A DNA stretch of 64,000 bases, taken from Alphaproteobacteria bacterium (GTDB lineage: Bacteria; Pseudomonadota; Alphaproteobacteria; UBA6615). Made by a program: the position numbers and the translations under genes. Below are positions 35,601-45,405 of the stretch, piece by piece. The stretch is from NCBI GenBank assembly GCA_965261585.1, contig CBDHDN010000029.1:15193-79192 (forward strand), read 5' to 3'. Numbering within the stretch: the first letter of the stretch is position 1; each line of letters starts with the position of its first letter. The notes beneath the pieces are model-generated. The model did not search any database and was not told where the DNA came from. It was given only the letters and a program-made list of their open reading frames with translations.

Positions 35601-36457
35601 GGTTCGCGCTCATTGATGCCGAGAAGGCCGAATTTCCCGTGAGGACGATGTGCCGGGTTCTGGATGTTAGCGAGAGCGGGTTCTTTTCATGGAAAGGGCG
35701 GCCTGCCAGTCAGCGTCAGCGGGACGATATGATCTATCTGGCTCATATTCGCATCGCCTTCGAGTTATCGAACCGAACCTACGGCAGCCCGCGCATGCAC
35801 CGTGATCTTGTGGATGAGGGTCTGTCCATAGGACGCCGCCGGACAGCCCGCCTGATGCGCGAGAACGGCCTGGCCGCGCGCCAGAAGCGTCGTTTCAAAC
35901 GAACCACGGACAGTACGCACGCCTGGCCGGTCGCGCCCAATCTGCTGGACCAGGACTTCGCGGCAGAGGCGCCAGACCAGAAATGGAGCGCCGACATCTC
36001 CTACATCTGGACCGCCGAGGGATGGCTCTATCTCGCCGTGCTCATCGACCTCTTCTCACGGCGTGTCGTCGGCTGGGCTGTCAGCGATAGGCTGAAGAAG
36101 GATTTGGCGCTGCGTGCCCTGCGTATGGCGCTTGTCACGCGACACCCACCCAGTGGTCTGATCCATCATTCCGACCGCGGCAGCCAGTATTGCTCAATCG
36201 ACTATCAGGCGGTGCTGAGAAAACATGGCTTGCTGATCTCGATGAGTGGAAAGGGCAACTGCTACGACAACGCTGTGGCCGAGACGTTCTTCAAGACCAT
36301 CAAGTCCGAACTGATCTGGCCGGTCTCCTGGCAGACCCGCAGCCAGGCCGAGAACGCGGTGGCCAGATACATCGACGGGTTCTACAATCCGATCCGCCGC
36401 CACTCGACGCTCGGCTACCAGAGCCCGGTCCACTTCGAGATGGCGGGCCGAGAGTGA
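35597..36457 (+). CDS. IS3-family transposase OrfB (DDE integrase core)
   Basis: YGSPRMHRDLVDEGL, WSADISYIWTAEGWLYLAVLIDLFSRRVVGW, HHSDRGSQY and YDNAVAETFFKTIKSEL. ATGA overlap with orfA. Confidence 0.9.
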   Translation: MRFALIDAEKAEFPVRTMCRVLDVSESGFFSWKGRPASQRQRDDMIYLAHIRIAFELSNRTYGSPRMHRDLVDEGLSIGRRRTARLMRENGLAARQKRRFKRTTDSTHAWPVAPNLLDQDFAAEAPDQKWSADISYIWTAEGWLYLAVLIDLFSRRVVGWAVSDRLKKDLALRALRMALVTRHPPSGLIHHSDRGSQYCSIDYQAVLRKHGLLISMSGKGNCYDNAVAETFFKTIKSELIWPVSWQTRSQAENAVARYIDGFYNPIRRHSTLGYQSPVHFEMAGRE

Positions 36458-36749
36458 GCAATCAGCTCTCCACTAAACCGAAGCAAGACCATCCCTTGGT
36501 TATGACGTCAAATGCCCGCTCATCGCGCATCCATTGGCGATATCTGATGCAAGGACTTCGAAAGCCGGTTCTAACCGTACGTTGGCCGCTGTTCCACGAC
36601 CAGGAACCCCGCCGGTGTACGATTCGCCGAAAATCTTGGCTGTGATTCGGGGTGTAGTTTCGACTCCCTTAAACGCAAAGACTCTCCACCTGGCATGCGG
36701 ATTCATACGCGCTGGTGCACCCGCATATCGCGAGGGTGCAGATCGGCGA

Positions 36750-37433
36750 TTAGCGGCATAACGGCCAGACTTGATACCAGGAGTCGCACCGAAAGCGGGA
36801 TTCACATTGCGTAAGCTGCGCTCTGTAACGATCCGCGGTCGCAGCGACCCGCCGGGCAGCACGCTGCACCTTCGGTTTGTCCCTCCAGGTGCCCCGCCGA
36901 TAACCGCCCTGCCCTTCGTGGTAGGCGAGGTAGAGGTGCTGCGCGTCGGTGAGGGATATGCCGAGCTGACGCCGGGTTCGGTGGTTGTACCAGCCGATGA
37001 AGTCCAGGGCATCTTCCATGTCGCCGCGGCTGCGGAACAGACGTCCCCGCTCCGCTTGGTATTCGTTCCAGACCGGATCCTGTGCCTGCGCATAACCCTT
37101 GGCAGAAGACGGACGTCCGAGAGGTATGAACCAGAGCCATTGGCGCGGCGGCCGGGCATCGCCCCGGTAACTCGATTCGTGGCGCACGAACGACATCTGC
37201 ACGTGGATCGGTGTTCCCCAGCGGCTTGCGGACTTCCGAGCATAGTCATACCAGTCGGGGTACTGCCGGAACACCTCGCAGATATCCGCCTGTCGTGTCG
37301 GCGGCGATGCGGTGCCACAACCAGCGAGCGGTATCAATGCGGCCAACAACATGGCCGCGACCAATTTGGGCGAATCACAGATCCCTGTCCGCAAGCCGGA
37401 CAGCCGGAAAGACAATCGCACTAGCTGCTGCAT
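36750..37433 (-). CDS. lipoprotein with SLT-like (lytic transglycosylase) domain
   Basis: 227 aa. Lipobox LIPLAGC. YARKSASRWGTPIHVQMSFVRHESSYRGDARPP...SSAKGYAQAQDPVWNEY...LYLAYHEGQGGY resembles a conserved transglycosylase-like lipoprotein family. The surrounding DNA has lower GC. Confidence 0.5.
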   Translation of the reverse strand: MQQLVRLSFRLSGLRTGICDSPKLVAAMLLAALIPLAGCGTASPPTRQADICEVFRQYPDWYDYARKSASRWGTPIHVQMSFVRHESSYRGDARPPRQWLWFIPLGRPSSAKGYAQAQDPVWNEYQAERGRLFRSRGDMEDALDFIGWYNHRTRRQLGISLTDAQHLYLAYHEGQGGYRRGTWRDKPKVQRAARRVAATADRYRAQLTQCESRFRCDSWYQVWPLCR

Positions 37434-37607
37434 GCGGTCCTCTTACTGATTTCCCCCGCCTCAAATTCTTCCTCGGCGCCCGGACGATCGCCCACACCGG
37501 CCAATCACAACATTCTATATTGGTGACGCGTGCATTGAGGCACATCACAAACTTCCGCTAGCTGACATGCAGCCCGGACACCGGCGATCTGAAGGCCCTT
37601 CAGCGCC

Positions 37608-38885
37608 TAGTACATCGATTCCATGAAACGGATCATTTTGTGTGGGGTTCCTGACTGCCTACCAGATTTGGTAGGGTGAAGGCGTGTATTGGCAGGGAGA
37701 CATGTCATGGCGGCGCCTCGGCGGTCGGTTGATTTGCGGATGACGGAAGAAGAGGTTGAGCAGCTTCGGGCGATCGCCCGGTCGCGCACGGAAGCGGCGT
37801 GCCGGGTGACGCGGGCGCGCATGCTGCTGCGCTATCGCGATGATGCGTCGTACTTCGCGGTTGGCCGGGCGCTGGGCGTTCACCATCAGACGGTGCAGCG
37901 CTGCGTCGAGCGAGCGCTGCGCCATGGCTTGATGGCGGCCTTGGCGGACAGTCCGCGGCCCGGACGCGAGCCGCGGATCACCGAGGCGGCGCGCGCCTGG
38001 CTGGTCGATCTGGCCTGCCGCAAGGCGAAGGACTTGGGTTATCCGCATGAGCTGTGGACGACGCGGCTGCTGGCGCGGCATGCGCGCTCCCACGGCCCGG
38101 CGGCAGGCCATGGGTGTCTTGCCAAACTGGCCCAGGGCACTGTGTGCAAGCTGCTCGACCAGCACGCGGTGAAGCCGCACAAGGTGCGCTACTACCTGGA
38201 GCGCCGTGACCCCGAGTTCGAGCAGAGGATGGCCGAGGTGTTGTGTGTCTACCGCGAGGTCGAAATGCTCAAGCGAGCCGCCGCGGCGAACCCGCAGGCG
38301 CCGATCGAGGCGGTGGCGATCATCTCCTACGACGAGAAGCCGGGCATGCAGGCGATCGGGACGACGGCGCCCGACCTGCCGCCTGCGCCCGGTCGCCATG
38401 CCGGCTTCGGGCGCGATCACGAATATGTCCGCCACGGGACGATCAGCCTGCTCGCCGGCATCGATCTGCTGACCGGCAAGGTTCACGCCAGCGTCGAGGA
38501 TCGCCATCGCTCGCGCGAGTTCGTCGCGTTTCTCAAACGCCTCGACGCGGCCTATCCACCGAGCACTGCGATCACGCTGATCCTCGACAATCACTCCGCG
38601 CATATCTCCAAGGAAACCCGAGGCTGGCTCGCCGACCAGCGAGAGGGCCGCTTCAGTTTCGTCTTCACTCCCAAGCACGGCTCCTGGCTCAACCTCATCG
38701 AGGGCTTCTTCTCCAAGCTCGCTCGCTCGGTGCTCCGGCACATCCGCGTCGCCTCCAAGCAGGAACTCAAGGACCGCATCATCGCCGCCATCGACTACAT
38801 CAACCGACATCCCGTCGTCCACACCTGGTCCTACAAACTAAACGAGGTCGCCTGATATGATTCGATCCTTGGAAACGCTGAACTA
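37608..38885 (+). mobile_element. IS630-family insertion sequence flanked by TA
   Basis: TA|GTACATCGATTCCATGAAACGGATCAT on the left. The right end reads ATGATTCGATCCTTGGAAACGCTGAAC|TA. About 21 of 29 positions match as inverted repeats. Confidence 0.7.
37689..38855 (+). CDS. IS630-family transposase
   Basis: 388 aa. N-terminal HTHs, then DEKPGMQA...DNHSAHISKE...TPKHGSWLNLIEGFFSKL (DDE of the IS630/Tc1 type). Confidence 0.85.
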   Translation: MAGRHVMAAPRRSVDLRMTEEEVEQLRAIARSRTEAACRVTRARMLLRYRDDASYFAVGRALGVHHQTVQRCVERALRHGLMAALADSPRPGREPRITEAARAWLVDLACRKAKDLGYPHELWTTRLLARHARSHGPAAGHGCLAKLAQGTVCKLLDQHAVKPHKVRYYLERRDPEFEQRMAEVLCVYREVEMLKRAAAANPQAPIEAVAIISYDEKPGMQAIGTTAPDLPPAPGRHAGFGRDHEYVRHGTISLLAGIDLLTGKVHASVEDRHRSREFVAFLKRLDAAYPPSTAITLILDNHSAHISKETRGWLADQREGRFSFVFTPKHGSWLNLIEGFFSKLARSVLRHIRVASKQELKDRIIAAIDYINRHPVVHTWSYKLNEVA

Positions 38886-39071
38886 GTGTACGGTCGCGCC
38901 GACCGCGATGTACACCGAGTTCACCTCGTGGTTGCGGCCTGAAGCAGGCCATCATCGAGATTGAGTCAGACCCAAATTTCCGCGCCGAATAACAACCTGA
39001 TGGAGAAATGCCGAAACCAGCCTACAATCAGCTAACTTGACAAAGCCACTGTTAGTGTGACGGGCACCGGT

Positions 39072-39611
39072 TTACGGCCTGTAGACTCCCACGCCGAAGA
39101 TATGGCCGTCATGCGCCACGATCCAGCTTGACTTCTGCTCGATCTCCCCGCTGACCGGGTTCTTCCACTTGTAGTCGACCCAAGCCCCCTCCGCCGAGGC
39201 CATCAAACCTATCTCCTCGCCGAACTCCTTGCCGTCGGCATCGACGAAGCTCGCCAGGGCAACTCCCAGAAGCGAGGAGTCGACGCCGTGGGCGACGACG
39301 GTTCCTTCGGGTCCGCTAACGAAGATGTAGAGATCGCGGTCCAGGAGCTCCGGAGCCGGGTCGGCGTTGAACCTCGCCACCGCCGCCTCGGCCCCCATCT
39401 CGTCGTAGTAGGCGATCGCGCGCGCAACCATGTCCTGAGCCTCTTCGGCCGAGCCGCGGTTGTCGCCTGCCGCGGCGGGCGCCGCGAGCGCCAGGACCAG
39501 TACGGCAACAAGGGCGGCGACTCCCGACGAAAAAAGAGTTGGATGATTTGTGTCTGTATTGGACTGTTCGCCCGTGATGAACCCTCTGAACCGGGATTTC
39601 CCATGTGGCAC
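39072..39611 (-). CDS. secreted single-Cache (sCache_2-like) domain protein
   Basis: Signal/TM segment VAALVAVLVLALAAPAAAG. AEEAQDMVARAIAYYDEMG...DRDLYIFVSGPEGTVVAHG...GAWVDYKWKNPVSGEIEQKSSWIV..IFGVGVY follows. The start codon is uncertain. Confidence 0.65.
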   Translation of the reverse strand: MPHGKSRFRGFITGEQSNTDTNHPTLFSSGVAALVAVLVLALAAPAAAGDNRGSAEEAQDMVARAIAYYDEMGAEAAVARFNADPAPELLDRDLYIFVSGPEGTVVAHGVDSSLLGVALASFVDADGKEFGEEIGLMASAEGAWVDYKWKNPVSGEIEQKSSWIVAHDGHIFGVGVYRP

Positions 39612-39709
39612 CCTTCAGCCAAGTTGAGCGTGGCTCGAAATCGCTCAAAGGGCAAGTCCGATGGGTTCTGCCACCAAGATCATGCCCGACAACACGAAAT
39701 TGAGAGTGA

Positions 39710-40420
39710 ATGGGACATGGTGGCATTCGATATTGCCGGAACGGCTTCGGCCTGAACGACCCCGACGTCAACTTCCACGGCCTCACCGTCTCGGTCCGCC
39801 TGCCGAGCGTCGAGACGGTGGCAGGCGCGCGCTGGTCGGTCGCCGCCGACATCGTGGACTGCCCCGAGCTGGAGCTCGTGCTGCCCGCGCGAAAGGAGGC
39901 CGTCGAGACCCCGCTCCTCGACGAGATGCGCGAGGCCGGGCGGCTCTGCATTTACCGCGCCATGGCTGCCGACCCGGATCCGCGCCCGGCCTATGAAGAC
40001 CGGAAGCGGGCGCACGAGGCCGACATCGACATCGCCCCGCCGCCGGCCGAGCTGCGGCCCTGGCGTCCCGGCCTCGCCTACGTCGACGACTGGCGCGAGC
40101 CCCCGAAGCGCCAGCCGGTCGGCGCCGACGCGCTCCTCATGGCGTGCGACCCCGAACCGCCCGAGGCGCAGGCGTTCTGGCGCGCCGCCGAGCGTAATGG
40201 CATCGCCGACCGGCTGTTCGAGGTCGACCGCCGCCTGGAGGGCTACGCCTGGTACGACGCGATCGCGCGCGTCGCCGCCATCCACATCGAGGTCACGGCC
40301 GACGGCAGGACCTGCGCACTCGACGCGTACGCCCCGGCCGGCGGCATCCACAGGCGCGCGGAACCCGTACAGCAGCGGCCCGAGGCGATCCGCATCGGCC
40401 TCGCCCTCATACCGCGCATG
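39710..40420 (+). pseudogene. fragment of an unidentified conserved hypothetical gene (island remnant)
   Basis: ORF 39710..40465 is protein-like (…PELELVLPARKEAVETPLLDEMREAGRLCIYRAMAADPDPRPAYEDRKRAHEADIDIAPPP…RLFEVDRRLEGYAWYDAIARV…). It has no credible N-terminus or RBS, and it runs into the IS110 fragment. Confidence 0.3.
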
Positions 40421-40745
40421 ACCTCACGCTTGGACAGCCCTTCCTGGGTTCTGCGCGCGACGTAGGCTCGAGTTCGTTGGTCGGTGCGCATTCGGCACAC
40501 GACGACCATGTGCAGGGCGGAGTTGGCTTGGCGGTTGCCGCCACGGTTGAGACGGTGGCGCTGCGTCTTCCCACTCGATGCGGGGATCGGGCAGACGCCG
40601 CACATCATGGCGAAGCTCGCCTCGGAGCGGAGCCGGTCCGGGTTGTCCCCAACGGCGACCATGACTGCGCCTGCGTTTTCGGTGCCCACGCCTTCGAGTT
40701 CGAGCAGACTGGGCGCGAGCTCCTCGACCAATGGAACGATGAAGC
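40413..40745 (-). pseudogene. C-terminal fragment of an IS110-family transposase
   Basis: Within ORF 40243..40818. LVEELAPSLLELEGVGTENAGAVMVAVGDNPDRLRSEASFAMMCGVCPIPASSGKTQRHRLNRGGNRQANSALHMVVVCRMRTDQRTRAYVARRTQEGLSKREVMR is the Transposase_20 region. The N-terminal catalytic domain is absent. Confidence 0.6.
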
Positions 40746-40782
40746 ATACACACGCCGAACAACACTTTAAGGAGCCCCCACC

Positions 40783-40887
40783 GTGACAACCCGATACAGC
40801 TACCCCATTGACCTCCATAAGGAACGCGAAGGCGGCTTTTCGATCACCTTTCCCGACTTTGAGGAGGCATTTACCGATGGCGATACA
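40783..40887 (+). pseudogene. N-terminal fragment of a HicB-family antitoxin
   Basis: AAGGAG followed by GTG at 40783 gives VTTRYSYPIDLHKEREGGFSITFPDFEEAFTDGDTE (HicB N-domain pattern), then Arg-rich junk. Too short for the ORF track. Confidence 0.35.
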
Positions 40888-41098
40888 GAGTGGAGACGGC
40901 CGAGTGCCCGACGACCGCGCGGCTCTCCCAGGCAGCGGGGTCGTCGTTTACGAAACATCTGACGGCGAGGCGCGCGTGGACGTGCGCCTCGACCGCGAGA
41001 CGGTCCGGCTGACTCAACGGCAGAAGGCCGAGGTGTTCCAGACTTCGACCGCCAATATCGACCTCCATCTGAAAACATTTTCACGGACGATGAGTTAA
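40877..41098 (+). pseudogene. N-terminal fragment of a RhuM-family protein
   Basis: GVVVYETSDGEARVDVRLDRETVRLTQRQKAEVFQTSTANIDLHLK resembles the RhuM N-terminus. The reading frame decays at about 41070 and ends before the IS21 element. Confidence 0.4.
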
Positions 41099-41217
41099 GA
41101 GTCGGTTTCGAAAGTCATGATGGGCGCGCCATTCTGCGGATGAGGAGCATGACGGAGGCGGCGTAGAGGACGGTTGAATCGATCCCCGCCGTTCCGGCGG
41201 GGGCAAGCGGATGCCGC

Positions 41218-41985
41218 TCAGGCGCTTTTTGCGGGTTTCTGTTTTCTTCGGCTCTGCTTGAGGCGGAAGCTTTCGCCGTTCATTTCCAGGATATGGACGT
41301 GGTGGGTCAGGCGGTCCAGCAACGCCCCCGTCAGGCGTTCTGAGCCGAAAACCTCCGTCCACTCGTCGAATGGCAGGTTGGAGGTCACCAGGATCGAGCC
41401 ACGCTCGTAGCGCTGGCTGAACACCTCGAACAGCAACTCGGCGCCGGTCTTGGAGAGCGGCACGAAACCCAGCTCGTCGATGATGAGGAGCTTGAGGTTG
41501 GCGAGCTTCTTCCGGAACCTCAGCAGCTGTCTGTCATCGCGCGCCTCCATGAGCTCGTGGACCAGGGCGGCGGCGGTGGTAAAGCCGACCGACAGGCCCT
41601 TCTGGCAGGCGGCAAGGCCGAGGCCGAGCGCAATGTGACTCTTGCCGGTGCCGGAATTGCCCAGAGCGATCACATTCTCCCGGCGCTCGATGTACTCGCA
41701 TCGTGCCAGCTCGAGGACCAGCGCCTTGTTGAGCGAGGCGATCGCTTTGAAGTCAAAGCTGTCCAAGCTCTTGACGGTCGGGAACTTCGCTTGCCTGATT
41801 CGCCGCTCGACCATGCGGCGCTCGCGGTCGATCAGTTCCAGCTCGGCCAGGCGGAGCAGGTAGCGCACGTGGTCGGCGCCCTCGCTGGCACACTGGCGAG
41901 CCAGCTTGTCGTACTCCCTGAGGAAGGTCGGCAGCTTGAGGGCCTTCAGGTGATGGGCCAGCAACACCTGCGGCGTGTCGCTCAC
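41218..41985 (-). CDS. istB: IS21-family helper ATPase IstB
   Basis: Inside ORF 41218..42105, with GTG at 41985. LKLPTFLREYDKLARQCASEG, Walker A GNSGTGKSHIALGLG and Walker B LLIIDELG. Confidence 0.9.
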   Translation of the reverse strand: MSDTPQVLLAHHLKALKLPTFLREYDKLARQCASEGADHVRYLLRLAELELIDRERRMVERRIRQAKFPTVKSLDSFDFKAIASLNKALVLELARCEYIERRENVIALGNSGTGKSHIALGLGLAACQKGLSVGFTTAAALVHELMEARDDRQLLRFRKKLANLKLLIIDELGFVPLSKTGAELLFEVFSQRYERGSILVTSNLPFDEWTEVFGSERLTGALLDRLTHHVHILEMNGESFRLKQSRRKQKPAKSA

Positions 41986-43481
41986 GGCGCCGCTCCGCCC
42001 AGCAGGCTCATGTAGCTGGCGGCGGATGTGGTGGTCACCTGGGCCCGCGGCAGATAGGGATAAACGTTCAAGTCGAGCCGGGGGGGTCGACGCTCGACGC
42101 GACACAGCACCAGGTGCTTGACCGCATCATAGCCGATGGCGCCTAACCGCAGGGCATCGCGGATGGCACCGTGCACCTCCTCAAGGGCAAAGGTCTCCAG
42201 AAGACGGAGCACTTGCACGTACTCCCGCTTGCCGGCCTTGCCCATGCGGGCTTCAAGCAAGCGGCGCAGGTTGGCGTACGCCTCGGGCAGCTTCCAACCG
42301 GCCAGCGGGGCGGCTTGATCGAGGGCACCGATCTTCCGCTCCAGCAAGGCCAGATAGTGGATCGGCTCGAAGATCAGGTCCTCTCGTTCGTAAGAGCGTG
42401 GGTGCCGGGCGATGACCTCGGCGGCGCAGCCGATGACCACCTCGTGCACGTAGCCACGGACCCAGACCTCTTGGTGACCGTAGGCGACGGGCACCGAGTA
42501 GTCGTTGCCCCGATAGCGCACCAGGGAGAGCGAATTGACCCGCGTGCCCTCCTTGTCGCAGGCCTCGAAAGGCGCCGGCGGCAATTCCATCAGCTTCTCC
42601 CGGTCGCATCCGAACCGCTCGCCGATGGTCTCGCGATGGCCGCGCAAGACGTCGCTTTCCCGTCTCCGACATTGATGTTCCAGGTGAGCGTTGAAGGCGT
42701 CCCAGCTCGCAAACCGGGGGATGGGAACCATGAAGTTCCGGCGGGCGTAACCGACCAGCCCCTCCACCTTGCCCTTATCATTGCCCTTGCCGGGGCGGCC
42801 ATATCGATCCTGGAACAGATAATGGGATTGAAGCCCGCTGAACGCTCGCGTTCGTTGCCGCGTGCCGTCCGGCAGGATGCGCGACACCAGGCACTTGTCA
42901 TTGTCGTAGAGAATCGATTGGGGAATGCCGCCGAAGAAGGCGAAGGCCCCGTTGTGGCCGTCCAGCCAGGCCTCCGTCGCCGCCGCCGGGTAGGCCGCAA
43001 CGAAGCAGGCATCGCTGTGGGGAAGGTCCATGGCGAAAAAATGCGCCCGCCGCTTGACGCCGGCGATGATCGCATCCGCCTCGCCAAAGTCCGCCTGAGC
43101 GTGACCCGGAGGGTGCGCCAGCGGCACGAACATCTCACGCTGGCGACGGCGCCGTTCCCGGACGTAATCCTTGACGATGGTCTGTTTGCCCGCAAAGCCA
43201 TGCTCGTCGCGAAGACGCTCGAATATCCGCTTCGCCGTGTGGCGCTGCTTGCAGTGAACCGTTCGGTCCTCTTCCAGAATACGGTCAATGATATCCCTGA
43301 AGGGGTCCAGCTTCGGGCGCTTCGGTGGCTGGCGGCGGCGGTAGCCAGGCGGCTCCGAGTGCCCGAGCATCTTCCTCACCGTCTCTCGCGCTATGCCAAA
43401 CCGACTCGCCGCCTCTCGCTGACTCAGCCCATCAACATGGCACGCCAGCCGAACGCGTAGATAAAGGTCCACGGTATACAT
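41982..43481 (-). CDS. istA: IS21-family transposase IstA
   Basis: ORF 41982..43496. ATG at 43481 is preceded by GGTGGGAGGA. MYTVDLYLRVRLACHVDGLSQREAASRFGIARETVRKML HTH, and a DDE core (HAQADFGEA...FFAMDLPHSDA...YDNDKC). Confidence 0.9.
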   Translation of the reverse strand: MYTVDLYLRVRLACHVDGLSQREAASRFGIARETVRKMLGHSEPPGYRRRQPPKRPKLDPFRDIIDRILEEDRTVHCKQRHTAKRIFERLRDEHGFAGKQTIVKDYVRERRRRQREMFVPLAHPPGHAQADFGEADAIIAGVKRRAHFFAMDLPHSDACFVAAYPAAATEAWLDGHNGAFAFFGGIPQSILYDNDKCLVSRILPDGTRQRTRAFSGLQSHYLFQDRYGRPGKGNDKGKVEGLVGYARRNFMVPIPRFASWDAFNAHLEHQCRRRESDVLRGHRETIGERFGCDREKLMELPPAPFEACDKEGTRVNSLSLVRYRGNDYSVPVAYGHQEVWVRGYVHEVVIGCAAEVIARHPRSYEREDLIFEPIHYLALLERKIGALDQAAPLAGWKLPEAYANLRRLLEARMGKAGKREYVQVLRLLETFALEEVHGAIRDALRLGAIGYDAVKHLVLCRVERRPPRLDLNVYPYLPRAQVTTTSAASYMSLLGGAAP

Positions 43482-44000
43482 CCTCCCACCTTCCATCCCG
43501 AAAAGGATCGAAGGCTACAGGTGGCAGAGTTTTACTCCGCCCGCAGCCGGGCAAATCTCGCCGCTTCCGTGGTCTAATTTGTCACCGCCGCACACACGTC
43601 CGAGGGCGGACCCGACATGCTGCGCCTGGGACTGGGCGCCGGTTATCGCGGTTGGACGATCACGGACATAGGCCCCCAGAATGTGACCTTCACACGAGAA
43701 AACACCGTGCGGAAGCTCGAGCTCGAATTCCATAGCCAGGCACTGGGACAGCCAAGGCCGCGAACGCCGGTACAGTGAAACGCCGGCATCTCGGGCTCCA
43801 AAAAACCAACAACGTCAACCCGTTGGGCTCTGTTCAGGGAGCCACCAAACCAAGTCAACCCTACTTGCGCTGCTTGACGCTCACTCCGTTTGCTCGTCGG
43901 AGTTGGGCAATGCGTCGTTGTCTTTGGTCGGTTCACCCTCTTGCGGTGGCTTTGTTAGGCTGTCAAGACCTGGGACCCGTTGCAAGTACTGATGCACGCG

Positions 44001-45405
44001 CTGTCGGTAACACGCGATATGTCCGGTTTATGTACCAGATGATCTGTCCGGTTTTAGAACGCCTCCAAGCCATGGAGGGAGGCGATGCGTCGGACGGAGC
44101 AGGTACAGGGACTGAGATTGATGAAGTTCGAGGAGGTTTACGGGCGCACCCATCGGGGTGGCTTGAGCCAGGCGGAGGCGGCGGAGGTTCTGGGTGTCTC
44201 GGAGCGCACCTTCCGGCGCTGGCGCGACCGCTACGAGGCGGAGGGAGCCGACGGTCTCTACGACCGCCGCCTGGGCCGCCTCTCGGCGCGGCGCGCGCCG
44301 GTGGACGAGGTGGCGCGGGTACTGGAGTTGTTCGACACCCGCTACTGGGGCTTCACGGCCAAGCACTTCCACGAGAAGCTGGTGGCCGATCACGGCTTCA
44401 AGCGCAGCTACAACTGGCTGCGGCTGAGCTTGCAAGCCCATGGGCGCAGGCGCGCGGCGCCCAGGCGTGGGGCGCACCGGCGCAAGCGGCCGCGCCGTGC
44501 CCTGCCCGGCATGATGTTGCACCAGGACGGCTCGAGCCACGAGTGGGTCCCCGGTCGAGGGTGGGACCTGATCGTCACCATGGACGATGCGACCAGCGAT
44601 ATCAACTCGGCCTTCTTCGTCGCCGAAGAGGGCACCATGTCGAGCTTCCAGGGGGTGTCCGAGGCGATCCGGGCCAAGGGCCTGTTCTGCTCGCTCTACG
44701 CCGACCGCGCCAGCCACTACTGGAACACGCCCGAGGCCGGCGGCAAGGTGGACAAGGACACCCCGACCCAGGTCGGCCGCGCCCTGGCGCAGCTCGGCAT
44801 CGAGTTGATCCCGGCCTACTCGCCCGAGGCAAGGGGGCGCTTGGAGCGCATGTTCGGCACCTTGCAGAAGCGCCTGCCCCAGGAACTCAGGCTCGCCGGC
44901 ATCACCGACATGGTCGAGGCCAACCGCTTCCTCAAGGAGGTCTTCCTGCCACAACACAACGCCCGCTTCGCGACCCCGGCCGAGGACCAGGGCACCGCCT
45001 TCGTCCCCTTCACCGGCGCGCTCGACGACATCCTGTGCATCCACGAGGAACGCACCGTCTCAAACGACAACACGGTGCGCTACAAGCGCCTGGCACTTCA
45101 GATCCCCGCCGGCCGCCACCGCCGCCATTACGTCAAGGCCAGGGTCCGCGTCCACGAATACCCCGACGGCACAATGGCCGTCTTCCATGGACCGCGATGT
45201 CTGGCGCGATACCACGCCGATGGCCAACCGATCGACAGCCAAACCCGCGAGGCCGCGTGACCCGCTTCGACGCGACCGACCGGCGCCCTGTGGACAAGTG
45301 GACAGCCGCTCCGCGACCGACCACTTCCCCACAGGGCCAGAAACCGCAACAGAAGCGGTCAACTCATATGGTACATAAACCGGTCAACTCAGAATGTTCT
45401 CGACA
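44001..45405 (+). mobile_element. ISNCY-like (IS1202-group-like) insertion sequence, copy 1 (1405 bp)
   Basis: Near-identical to 54342-55746. Imperfect IRs of about 50 bp with a shared CCGGTTTATGTACCA core. Flanked by the 15-bp direct repeat GTACTGATGCACGCG (43986-44000 and 45406-45420). Confidence 0.85.
44085..45260 (+). CDS. ISNCY-family-like DDE transposase
   Basis: 391 aa. HTH (LSQAEAAEVLGVSERTFRRWRDRY) and an rve-type core (HQDGSSHEW...DDATS...YADRASHY...GIELIPAYSPEARGR.ERMFGTLQ). Confidence 0.8.
   Translation: MRRTEQVQGLRLMKFEEVYGRTHRGGLSQAEAAEVLGVSERTFRRWRDRYEAEGADGLYDRRLGRLSARRAPVDEVARVLELFDTRYWGFTAKHFHEKLVADHGFKRSYNWLRLSLQAHGRRRAAPRRGAHRRKRPRRALPGMMLHQDGSSHEWVPGRGWDLIVTMDDATSDINSAFFVAEEGTMSSFQGVSEAIRAKGLFCSLYADRASHYWNTPEAGGKVDKDTPTQVGRALAQLGIELIPAYSPEARGRLERMFGTLQKRLPQELRLAGITDMVEANRFLKEVFLPQHNARFATPAEDQGTAFVPFTGALDDILCIHEERTVSNDNTVRYKRLALQIPAGRHRRHYVKARVRVHEYPDGTMAVFHGPRCLARYHADGQPIDSQTREAA

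Larger units (their letters stand above)
35265..36491 (+). mobile_element. IS3-family insertion sequence (1227 bp)
   Basis: Imperfect terminal IRs: TGGTCTTGCTTCGCAAAAGTGGAGAGC on the left, and TGGTCTTGCTTCGGTTTAGTGGAGAGC as the reverse complement of the right end. orfA/orfB are arranged in the 0/-1 frames. No matching target duplication was recognised. Confidence 0.85.
41150..43600 (-). mobile_element. IS21-family insertion sequence (istA-istB); ends not resolved
   Basis: Canonical istA/istB pair with a GTGA overlap. I could not identify the terminal repeats by eye, so the boundaries are approximate. Confidence 0.6.

Noticed and set aside
41100-43620. Attempt to define IS21 terminal inverted repeats and target duplication
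   Set aside because: Comparing 41101-41217 with the reverse complement of 43497-43660 gave only scattered 6-10 nt matches. The boundaries are therefore reported as approximate rather than invented.
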